From the NCBI GenBank assembly GCA_040954595.2, contig CM082579.2, positions 3,647,227-3,711,226 of the forward strand: DNA of 64,000 bases, written 5' to 3'. The notes under the pieces are model-generated. The model was not told where the DNA came from. It did no database searches and saw only the letters and a program-made list of their open reading frames with translations. This DNA comes from Balanoglossus misakiensis. Taxonomy: Eukaryota > Animalia > Hemichordata. Position numbers and translations under genes: made by a program. Within the stretch, counting starts at the first letter, position 1. Every line of letters starts with the position of its first letter. This document shows, one piece after another, positions 38,994-50,600 of the stretch.

Positions 38994-41036
38994 ATGGAAT
39001 TCACGAACACGACGGATGGTTCTAGTACGATCGGTGACGAGGCGACGGACGAGTATGTGACCACCGGGGAAATGACCAGCTATCCGACCAGCACAGTTGG
39101 CGGACCCACGACGTCTGATGTGGCATTTCAGTCGTCCAACTACTCGAACTTTTCAACCACGCCGATGCCCCGCGCCATAGGCGACCCCCTGATCGCGGTA
39201 GCCGTGGCCGGGGCTCTGCTCAGCGTTTGGATCATTCTGGGGAACTTCTTCGTCATATTGTTGTTCTCGTTCAACAGAAAGCTGAAGAGGATTTCCAATT
39301 TGTTCATCATCAATTTGGCCGTGGCCGACTTTCTCGTCGGCGTCTTGGACACGCCCGTGTACACCATGTACACCACTTTGGGCTATTGGCCCTGGGACCA
39401 CTGGGTGTGCGACGCCTGGAGTGCCATCGACTACACTACGTGCAGCGTCTCCCTGTTCGCCATCATCGCTATCAGCGTCGACCGATACTCGTCGCTCGTC
39501 GATCCCATCGGGCACAGGACCACAATGACCAGGAGGAAAGCCAGGTACATGATAACGACGACCTGGGTGATCTCGATAGTCATATACGCTGTTCCGAATT
39601 TCCTGTGGCCGCGTGTCCAGGGCTACCACAAGGTGCCGGAGGGAGTGTGCGTTGTGGAGTATTTGGACGTGACTTGGTTCGTGACGGTGCAGACTTTCCT
39701 GGGTTATCTGCTGCCACTGCTGGTTCAAATCGCGCTCTACGTCAAAATCTACCAAGTCGCACACCGGATTTCGGGCGGGAAAAATAACCTCGGGCACCAG
39801 TTCACCAACCCCAGCGGCAGGAAGAACAAGTCTTCCAACAAGATAAAGAGCAAATCGGCCAATCCCACAGACGTCAACATTTCTTCGGGCAAAACCGGAG
39901 ATACAGAAGAGATCATCATCGTTGACGAAGTCACGGGGGGAAATGGTTACCAACGGGGAAACGCATCTGATTCGGACCCCGACGTTGTTGCCATGGAGAT
40001 GGAGTCAGGGTGTGTGAACCGCGGCGTCGATGATAACGGCCGCAGCGGAGACCAAACAGTGCACGCGTATGACAACGTGGGGTTCACTGAAAGCGAGATT
40101 GGGGCGGGCGACGACACGGCAGTTGATACAGACTGCGGTGATTCTGATGAAACTGTACCAATCGGTTTTACACGTAAAGAACAAGGGGAATTGATGGATC
40201 AGCAAAATATGACGCACACGGAGAGATTTTGTGAAAAGGACGATGAAAGTAATATCGGAGGCGATTATGAATTAAATGTCTTGTCGCGGTCCGACAAAGA
40301 ATCCGCGGAGGCGCCTTCGTTGGCCGAGACTGCCGTGCGATTGGAAATCACAAATATTAACCCTTCCTGTGGACACCCCGGTGGGGCAGTGGATACAGGT
40401 AAATGTGAACTGAATGGTGAATGCCAACATATTTCTCCCGAGGGAGAACAGCGGCGTGTAGACGCTGGTCAGACCACAGCCACTCACTGTGGTGAGACGA
40501 ACCAAATTTCAAGAGACCGAAATGCCAGCAACCCGCTTCCCGACCACACGGCTGCTGAGATTTCACAGTATGCACCGGGGAACAAGGTGAAATCCCCAGA
40601 GGGGTTCCACTCTACCTCAAGCGAACCGGGGAACACAAACGGGCCAAATTCCCCCAAGCACAGACGGCTCCATTATGTGATAACGCACGCCGTTTCCAAG
40701 TTTAGCCTGAAGCGAAAGTCAAAACCGGGCGACGGAAGTGCGGTGCGTTTTTCGAACTCCTCTCCAAATCGTTCGCCGACCCGTTCGTCCAATGCAAGGA
40801 AGGCCCTCGTCACCGTGACAACGCTGTGCGCTGCTTTCATATTGTGTTGGATGCCGTATCACGTTGTCGCCTTGATAAATACGTTTTGCTCGAAATGCAT
40901 ACAATCGCTCACGTTCGAGGCGGTCTATTGGATCTACTATACAAACAGCGCACTCAACCCGTTGTGCTACGCCCTTGCCAACAAAAGCTTCAGGCAGGCC
41001 TTCAAAGAGTTGATTGCCCGCGGGAAATTGTACTGA
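38994..41036 (+). CDS. Intronless aminergic GPCR, muscarinic acetylcholine receptor-like (B-type/GAR-2-like), 680 aa
   Basis: Seven TMs: GN (TM1), NLAVADFLVG (TM2), CDAWSAIDYTTCSVS..DRY with D3.32, long ~350-aa ICL3, CWMPYHVVALINTFCSKCI, YWIYYTNSALNPLCYALANKSF. An upstream acceptor at ~38748 suggests a 5' UTR intron. Confidence 0.9.
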   Translation: MEFTNTTDGSSTIGDEATDEYVTTGEMTSYPTSTVGGPTTSDVAFQSSNYSNFSTTPMPRAIGDPLIAVAVAGALLSVWIILGNFFVILLFSFNRKLKRISNLFIINLAVADFLVGVLDTPVYTMYTTLGYWPWDHWVCDAWSAIDYTTCSVSLFAIIAISVDRYSSLVDPIGHRTTMTRRKARYMITTTWVISIVIYAVPNFLWPRVQGYHKVPEGVCVVEYLDVTWFVTVQTFLGYLLPLLVQIALYVKIYQVAHRISGGKNNLGHQFTNPSGRKNKSSNKIKSKSANPTDVNISSGKTGDTEEIIIVDEVTGGNGYQRGNASDSDPDVVAMEMESGCVNRGVDDNGRSGDQTVHAYDNVGFTESEIGAGDDTAVDTDCGDSDETVPIGFTRKEQGELMDQQNMTHTERFCEKDDESNIGGDYELNVLSRSDKESAEAPSLAETAVRLEITNINPSCGHPGGAVDTGKCELNGECQHISPEGEQRRVDAGQTTATHCGETNQISRDRNASNPLPDHTAAEISQYAPGNKVKSPEGFHSTSSEPGNTNGPNSPKHRRLHYVITHAVSKFSLKRKSKPGDGSAVRFSNSSPNRSPTRSSNARKALVTVTTLCAAFILCWMPYHVVALINTFCSKCIQSLTFEAVYWIYYTNSALNPLCYALANKSFRQAFKELIARGKLY

Positions 41037-41662
41037 AGAGGGATATCCTATAATTCCATATTTTTTTAATTCCAACATTCCAAAGCTGGTGTTTGTGTTG
41101 ACAGCATACAATTTTCTACCCGTGGTAATGAATCATGCCAGTGTTCGCCAGATGCGATGAATTTACCGCACCTGGCACCTGACAATCAGTTGAAATTCAT
41201 CAATAAAAACAAATGATGCACAGCGAGGGGTACATGAGGGCGCTGTTCAAGAGCTATTTTAAACAATTGTGGAATTCTCTCTCTGGAAACACTTATATTT
41301 AACCATCTGTATGAATGATTGACTTTGACTGGCATAACAAACTCTAATGGACAAAACATGTCCACCGTGTTTACACTGATGTTGGTACAAGGGGATAGAA
41401 TGTTATACGGTCAGAATGATACTCAAGACAGCATGAGATAATGAGACCCACATATGCCACCACACGCTTGCCTGTTATACCCTGAATTGGATACATTTCC
41501 CCAGATCTACTTCAGCTGTAAAAAGTTAAAAATAGCCCTCGCGAGTGTGTAAATACCAAATATGTACATGTACAGTGCAAACTCACTTGAAGGTTTTTTT
41601 TGTCACCTTAAAATATTCAAATTTATGTTGCATTGCACGTTTCAAAACTCTGATGTTGGTCT

Positions 41663-44600
41663 TCAGTCATCCTGAAACAAAAGAAAGAATATTTAGCATC
41701 AGTGCCTCGTCGGGAGTTTGAATCTGTGAGAATATTGATGGTGACGACCATTGTTCATTGGAAGAGAGACACAGTTTGAGTGGTTAGAATTATCCAAGAC
41801 AAGACAGTTTACAACACTCTTCATCAGATACCTTCAACTAAAGTTCAACTCATTGCAGAGATTATGTAGTTACCCCAGGTCAAGGATCAAAGTTGACTCA
41901 CCCATTCATCATCATCTACACCTTCCATTAAGTCTTGAGGTAACGGTTCGTCCCTGGCCGTCAACTTGTAATGCATGGCGTCCAGTAACTGAAATAAAGG
42001 TGTATGTGAGAAAGTGTGACTGAGAGGGCAGCACCACAGACTTGAGAAGCCGGGAAGGCAGTCACCAGCTGTCAAAGTGTGTCCAAGAATAGTCGAGCTC
42101 CAAGACATTTACATCTTTGGTAGTCATTGAGCCTGACCAATCAAATGTCGACCTATGGCCTCACCTCTTGTTTCTTTTGCTCATCCGATTTGAATTCCTC
42201 AAGTTCACGGTGACTTTCATATTTCTTGGTCACTGTGACTTTGGGGGCTGAACTTACTGTAGAGGAAGAGAAGGAGAAGAAAGAACGATTCAACTGCAGT
42301 GTTCTATGGAAAAATACTGAAGTGAAACAAACAATTAAAAAACAGCTATATCACAGATACTTTTGTTTTTTTTCTGAGGTCCATTTGTGTTGTGGATTTC
42401 ACCTATCCCAAGTTCAGAAATTCCACAAACAACACCATCAGTTTACCATGGCAACATGAGCCGATAAGATTTCACATCTTTTCACTTACGTTTTTTCATT
42501 CCATCGGGATGCAGGCTCATGGTGTTCAGAGATCTGTTCTCACCACCTATCCATTCACACGCTGTCATCGCTGGTTGCCAGGCAACCTTTGTGTCAGGGT
42601 AGAGGTCATCCTGGAAGTAGTCCATCTGAAGCAATGGATGATGGATAAATACTAGTCAGTATATTGTAATAAAAAAAATCCCCAAGCAGTTGCATGACTG
42701 CCTCTTAGCCCATACTCACCTTAACTCTTGGCACAGTAAATGTGACTGGTTCTATGGTTGTCTGTGTCAATCTCAGTGCCTTGGCTATTTCGACTTGTTT
42801 CACGTTGCAAGCAGTCTTGGGCAGGAATGACATGGCCTATAACATAAAACAAAGCCATGAGTTCATACACACGAAAAAATGTCTACAGCAATTTTTATGC
42901 GGTGTGTTTAAAATCACAGGGCCTATACAGGAGATACAAGTTTACATTACAAAGAGGATCATACCAAGGAGTACACACTTACGGCCACTATATACACATC
43001 CCACAAAAGAAACTCCCCCCCTCCAAAAGAATGATACTGTGTATTTCCTGACAAACACTAACCTGATGACCTGCGTCACACTTGAAGCCAGACAGTTCTA
43101 CAAGATGCGGTGACTGTGTTATCACTTCGTAGGCATGTACGATTCTGTCACCCTGAAAATACAGGAAGTACAATGAATTTTGAATGAGCAACAATACAAC
43201 TCCTTGAAATCTGCCCAAAGTCTACATACTCTACAGAGCATAGCCTTTAAGTGAAAACTCTTGACGCATGAGTTTACCTTTCCAGTGCAGAAGAGAACGC
43301 TGGTGTCTTCATCATAATATGGAATGAGGGTAGCTGGAGATGTGTCCAGGGTTACCGTGGTTACAGGTGATGATAAATCCGCAGTGCTATGGACACTTAT
43401 CTGTCGGCTGCTTTGTCTGAAAGACAATTAATTGTATTCACATTTGATCTTTTTTTATAACCAGTTCACTTTCTTTGAAAATCAACACCGAACTTGGACC
43501 AACCAACCTTTGGAACATTCACAAACACTAAGAAAATATTTTTTCCATGAAAACTTGCTATTCAGTGGTTTAATGTGTTATAGCCTTACCTGTTGAATCC
43601 CAAGGCTATGAGGTACATCCCATTACATGCATAGACAATTCTGGCACCTCGACTTCCATTCAGTCCAGGTCCCTCCTGTAGGGAACAAAATTCACAGAAA
43701 AAGTTTCAGGATGCGTGCAAAGCTTTTTGCCGGCCAGAGATCTAATGAACGTCGAAATGTAATTTTTCCAGACAGCAGTGTGGGATATGAGACATTAACA
43801 TACTTTAATGGGCAGGACTTTTTTTCTCGGCTCGTATATTCTTATCAGGTTGTCTTTGCTGATGGTTGCACAAAACATGCCGTCTGGACTCCATGCCGCA
43901 CTGAATATCTGGGGGAACAAGAAATGCAATATTTAACAAGATGATTTAAGGTTTTCATTACATTGATATTAATGATCTTTTCAAAAAAAAAAATCTTCTT
44001 GTTGACTGCTCACACAAGTTTAGTTATAATTTCTGTGAAACTCACCTGGTCTGTGTGGCCGTGTAGAGTGACTCTTTCTTCATCAACCTCCAAATCCCAG
44101 AGTCTGACCGTCATGTCAAACGACGCCGACAGTAGCAAACCTTCGGCTAGGGGATGAAACTTGATCAAATAAATCTTCTCCATGTGGCCTGCAATGAAGT
44201 CAAGAGAAAGTGAAGGGAGTGAGGAAGGGGGGGGGGGGATTAGTTTCTGTCAACCCTTAGTCCTGATAAACCGCTTACCTTTGAGAACAATTTCTGGATC
44301 TGTCAGAGTTTCTGTCAGCCCTCCCTCGGGGATCTCCCAGATCTTAATGGTGGCATCATCGCACGCAACAGCCAGTCGCCTGTTGTTGAACGGATCCCAT
44401 GCAAAGTCCATCACTGTGCTTCCATTTTGGATGACGGGCAGTCCCGAGTCTGGCAACCTACCAGGCTGGTTCAACTGGGTTGGAGAATGGAAGGCGACCA
44501 TATTAGGTGTTTTTATCATTTTGAATGCACAGATCAGTATTTACAAAAATTCTTCACAGAGTTGAAAGGAAAAAAAAATTAACAACACTCACATTCAAGA

Positions 44601-47600
44601 TGGCAATCAGTCCTCCTGCCCCCGATAACGGGACGGCTGCAAAGTCTTGGTTGACATGGAAACCGTCACATTCTCCAAAAGTGCTCGTGCTTAAATTTCT
44701 AACATTGAAAATGTGAGTGTTTTTATGCTGAACGACGCCCTCGATGTGGCGGAACTTAGAAGTGTATATGCTGGAAAATTTGTTCGCGTTTTTTGTCGGA
44801 ATTTTTTCCTCTGCGGGAACCGATGCAGCCACGACTTCCTCTTCCTGAACTGCTGCATTCTGGGTAGTTTCTGGAGGGGCCTCTGCGTCGCTGCCTGCAG
44901 TTGATTCTGCAGCGGATTGCTGTTTGTCATCTTTGTCATTCTTGTCCACATCTTCAATTTGAATACTGGGAATACTTTCTGCTGCAGGGGGACTGTTGTT
45001 CTGCGATGATGTGATGTTCGGCTTTTTCGAAATAGTAGGTTTTAGTCCAATGGCAGGCTATAAAAACCAAAGAATGAACAGCATGTAATTGAAAGATATG
45101 GTATGGAATGTTGTGATACTACTGAATCAGAAGACCCTATTAAGAATTTGCTAATTATCAATGTACCTTCATTTCAGCGGTTGATTTGTCATTGTTACCA
45201 GACTGACTTGAACCAGGCATTTCTTCTCTCTTCCCACTGGATGCTGCAGCCACACTCCGATTCAATCCACTCTTCTTTTTCCCTGCATCACTGGAATTTC
45301 TGAATTTGGGATTCAAACTGACTTTCCCCACCTGTGGACAGACAACCCGTGGTCACGTAATCAGCAAAACATCAAACTAATCATGGCATTCACACTGACC
45401 ATCAGCGTGGCATTTTGCTGTTTCAGCAAAGTTCACGTCCCGTGATGGCGGACTTGCAAATGCAAATCCAAGTATTTAGCTCTAATAGCTGTACCAGTTG
45501 GAGCTTGAATCTGTCCAACTACTTCCGGGAAAGTCTATAATAGCTCAACAACCATGGCGGGGCTTCCTTACCTGTTTATTTTCGCCAGCTAACCACTGTT
45601 CAGCTGATAACGCTGGTTCCCCACACAAAGTGTCAGGGTACAGATCTTCATGGAATTCTCGATACGTCTGTTTGACACAAGAGAGACCTGGTTCAGAAAT
45701 TCTTTCATTTATATCAGCAAAGAGCAGAGAAACTTCTAAAGAAAGTATCAAAGTATCATCTTAGAGTTTCTCCTACCTTTCTGGGCACCTGGTATGTGAC
45801 AGGTATGATGGCATGCTGTGTCAGTTGCAACAGACGGTTGACTTCACCGTTCATGACATCCAAGGCTCTCTTGGGTACCATGGCAACACCCTTTTGTTGA
45901 TTGTCACCCATGTAGAGAGATGCTGTGTTGAAAAAAAATTGTAAAGTGAATGAAAAGCGGATCACACAGAGAAATGAAACACACTCATTTGAACTGAAAT
46001 TAAAAGTCTCAATTATAATTTTTTTAAATACAATTTTAAATTAGTTACAAAAAATTGTTATATTTTTTCATATACTGTATTGCTACAGTAAGTGTATACC
46101 ATGATAACATAAAATAATATTGATAATTGGAGACATGACTTGACTTATACTCAAACACAATTTTGTTTCACTTTCATAAGGCTATTAGTTTACATGTTAG
46201 TGACTGTGTTTATTTTATGAGTGAAAATTCTGTCAGTATAGTTTAATTAATATTGCTCTTAAGATTAAGTTTGGTCTGCTCAGAAGAAGGGGGCTGTATT
46301 GGATGGATTTTTTAGCTCTGTTTGTACCATGGGTAGGTCCTAGATGGGTTTTTCTGTTACGTCAACAACACATACGTGCACATGGTGCCGTAAAAGTTAG
46401 TATTTTGCAACGTCAAAGGTGGTTTATTCAAGAAGCAAGGTCACGTTCTATTGTGCCTTCTACGAGGAAGTGTTTACAGAGTATTTAAATCATGATGCTA
46501 AAAATAACAACAGATGAATGAACCGGAGTCAAGCAGGAAGTGACTTCAGGCAGTTTAAAAAGTGAAAAGAGTATTTCAATATCATTCAGAAAATTCGCTG
46601 CCGAACTGAGAATGTCGCCACTGCCCCAATTCTTCGCCCTGTTGTTGCTCGGTGTCAGTCTCCGGAAGATCAAGACAGAGACGCACTGCAAGGTGTACAA
46701 TGCCACCTACGTTGACTGCAGCAACAGAAGACTGTACCAGCTTCAAACCACACTGCCATCGTATGCAACCTTCCTGGACCTGTCCCGAAACAACATTGCA
46801 TCTGTGCCGTCGAACAGCTTCGCCAGTTTGAAACAACTTCGGCATCTCGACATCTCCTACAATGCCATCAGCGTCATCGGCGCATCATCTCTGCGAGGAC
46901 TGCACGAGCTGAGACGTTTGAACTTGCACAGCAATTTGATCTCCTCCATAGCTCCACGGGCCTTCCATGACTTGACAAAACTGGAAATGCTGGATTTATC
47001 GTCAAATCAACTGACCACCTTCCCTGATGTGCTGTTCTCCCCTCTTGGTCAGTTACAACACCTGGACATCTCAAGCATCAGACTTGAGGTTCTGTCTTCC
47101 GGGGCGTTTCATGGATTATCCAACTTACAAACCCTCGACCTCAGTGATAATCGGATAGCAGAGCTGCCCGACAGAGTATTCCAAGGTCTTGTAAGACTGC
47201 AGTCACTCGATGTGAGTCAAAATAAAATGTCATGTTTTCCAAACAGCCTGGCATCAGAAGATCTCAGCAATGTAGAAAGATTATTTTTTTATCATAACAC
47301 GATTGAGCGCAACTGCACTGGAATTAACCTACGGAATCTCAAGCACTTGAAAACACTATCTTTGGCATTTTGTCAGCTTGTGGACACAACCATTGAAAAC
47401 ATGATCTTGCCCAGTTATGGACTACAGGAAGTAGACCTTAGTGGAAATAGAATCTTAGTTGCATCATCAACCCGAAGTACATTCAGCGCCTTCAGAAACG
47501 TTTCACAAATCGATCTTAGCTACAGTAAGATAAACGCCGAGTCTCTAGAAAGACCTCTCTATGGTTTTGAAAACTCAACAATAACATTTCTAATGCTGGG

Positions 47601-50600
47601 AAGAGGAGGACTGACATCGGTAACTATGACAACACTGAAGGGCCTGGAAAAAACTAAACTGATCGTTCTTGACCTTTGCTTTAATGAGTTATCATCCATA
47701 CCCAGTGGAGTATTCCAGTGGCTGCCGTACCTGGAAACACTAGACATAAGTTTTAATCAACTGCAGCATATTGCCTCAGATGCCTTTGTGGGTCTGCAGA
47801 ATTTGAAAACTCTGGTCCTCACTGAAAACAAACTCTCTGCTCTCTCTGCGGGAACACTCGGTGGCCTGAGCAGTCTGGAATCACTTGAAATCAGCAGTAA
47901 TAAACTGAGCCGCATAGCCCCTGGTGCCTTTGCGGGTCTGCTCAGTTTGAAAAACCTGCGTCTTGCCAAGAATGAGCTCTCCACACTCTCTGCGGGAACG
48001 TTCACCGGGCTGACCAGCTTGAAGACACTCGACGTGAAGGAAAACCTGGTGCACAACATCACAGAAGCGATGGAAAGCATGCGCTCACTCTCATCCCTGA
48101 CGCACCTGAACCTGAGTTACAACGCGCTGAAAGGCCAACTCCCGACTGGTGCTTTCGTCCGTCTGCAGTCCCTGACGGAGTTGGATATCTCACACAACGG
48201 CTTCACCTCGTTTCACCCTCACAGTTTCTCCTCCTTGACACAACTGGAGCATCTAGATATATCGTACACGTCTGTTGAGGAGATGCCACAAGAGGTATTT
48301 TTCCCGTTGGTTTCGCTGAGTTCACTCTTGCTTGGCAGAACAAAGTTCCGTGACAACGATCGTCCATTCACCTCTGCAAGACGACTGAAGAAGCTATTCA
48401 TAACAGACATGTTTACACACCTACACCTGAAAGATGTGCCAGCACTAGAGTATCTGTATATAAACGGCAATGCTGATACAGTTTGTTACTTTTTAGACAC
48501 TTTTTTGACCGAGCTAAATTCATCAAATATCCACACTCTGGAGATCGAAAATGCATGTTTCAGTAAAGCCTATATTTTTGCTCCAAAACCAAATCTCTCT
48601 TTGGAGTCAATATCTCTTGATAATGTCCTTTTCGCTGGTCCTTTTGCTGCCCTTTCATTTTTTAAATTCTTCCCAAATTTAAAACAGCTATCACTTTCTC
48701 TTGTCACTGGGGTATCAAAAACAGATTTCCTGCCAAAAACGTTACAAAACATGGAAACCTTAATATTAGGGAATATGGACATCACATCTATCGACACAGA
48801 TTTTTTTGAAGTTCAGTCAAATTTCAAACTTCTTGAGGTTGGATTGGATAATCTTGATTGCACAGGGTGTAAAATGATGGGCTTCCTCGACTGGGTACAA
48901 ACAGATACCGTGACCCAGGTCAAAGGTTACATGAATTGTGGTAGCTGGACAGAAGGTGCTGCAAAGCCTACTTCGATATACAATTTGAGTTTTGGATTGG
49001 AGTGCAACCTGGCCTTTGTGATCTCTGTGCCGACTGCTTGTGCCGTTGTATTCGTCACTGCATGCGTTGTGTTGGGGTTTCGCTTCAGATGGCACATACG
49101 TTACGCATTCTTCCTGGGCCGGCTGAGATGTGGTGGCTACCGACAGCTGGTCAACGACGATGACCGGGCACCCGACAAGAAGTTTGACGCGTTCGTCTGT
49201 TACAACGAAGGCGACAGAGACTGGGTGTGGCAGCAGCTGGTTCCCAATTTAGAGAACGACGACCCGCGCTTCAAACTCTGCCTTCATGAACGCGACTTCA
49301 TACCGGGAGTGGATATCTTCGAGAATATTCTCGACAGCATCGAGAACAGCCACAAGACTGTGCTGGTGCTGTCGCCTAACTTTGCCCAGAGCGAGTGGTG
49401 TTATTTCGAGATGAGGATGGCGCAGAATCATCTGTTTGACGACAGGAGGGACGTTCTCCTCCTGGTGTTGTTGGAGGAAATCCCAGACGCTGTGATGCCG
49501 CGCGTCTTGCGCAAAATATTGCTGACGAAGGCGTACAATGCGTGGGTCGATAACGAAATGGGCAGAAAACTCTTTTGGGAAAAACTGAAAGTTGCTCTGA
49601 GAACACAGAACAGGGTGAACAGAGTTGCTGAAGTGTGACTTTTTTGTTGGCAAGAGTCAAGTTCAAAGTGTTCCTGGTTTGTGTAGTAATGACCCTGGGG
49701 CAACAATTGAAGTGAGCCTCGAAACTGTGGCAGTTGGGGTGTATCTTTGAGAATTCCTTGATCACTACGGTAACCGGATTGGTTGAAAGATGAACGGTCA
49801 AAACAAAGTAGGGGTTCAATTTCAACCTGGGTTTTAGATTCATTGTACATTTGTTTCCTTAATTGTTAGAGGATATTTTGGAATGGGAAATTTAGGTTTT
49901 TTAGCAGTCTAATATTAATAATCATTTTCAATGTGTATGTTTTTATTTTGTTGGGTCTTGTATTATAGATCAATACAAGTTAACAACAGTATTAAAACTT
50001 ATATGGATCTTGCTGATAACTGTAAAGTGTAAATGGTGTATTGTGTGTTTATGCATGGATTCAGTACATGCCCTTGTTGTCGGTTCCTTTCAAATTAGGT
50101 ATGTGTTTGTTTGTTTGTGGGTGTGTGCATATGTATAGTATAGTGCACTGGTATACACAGATATACACACACACACACACACACACACATATTCACGTGG
50201 TCACTGAAAACTTACTGTCTGTTAAGTATGGTGTGCTGTCAGTCAACTCCAAGAATTTGATCGTACAGTCACCCTGAAAGATATAAGAATGCACTATTTA
50301 AACATTTCACAATTGACATTTTCTCACCAAATACGTACATGGAAATGTGGCATGTTCGCTCTCTAAAATAGGCAAAATGTTTGGCACTAATGCAGTCTGC
50401 AGTTACAAAAACGACAATTTCCGATGATGTTCAAATCACAAAACTACGACTCTTGATGAACTCACCTTTCCTGCTAAAAACAGCATATTGGTGTCAGGAT
50501 CGAAAAACGGCATCAGCGTCCTAAATGCAAGACAAAAAAGCCTCTCACTATGATGCACAAAATCGTCTCAGCAAACATTAACAGTGAATGAATGGTTTTT

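Noticed and set aside
46540-46611. N-terminal extension of the TLR from the GTG start in the ORF track
   Set aside because: Eukaryotic gene; the ATG at 46612 directly precedes a signal peptide.
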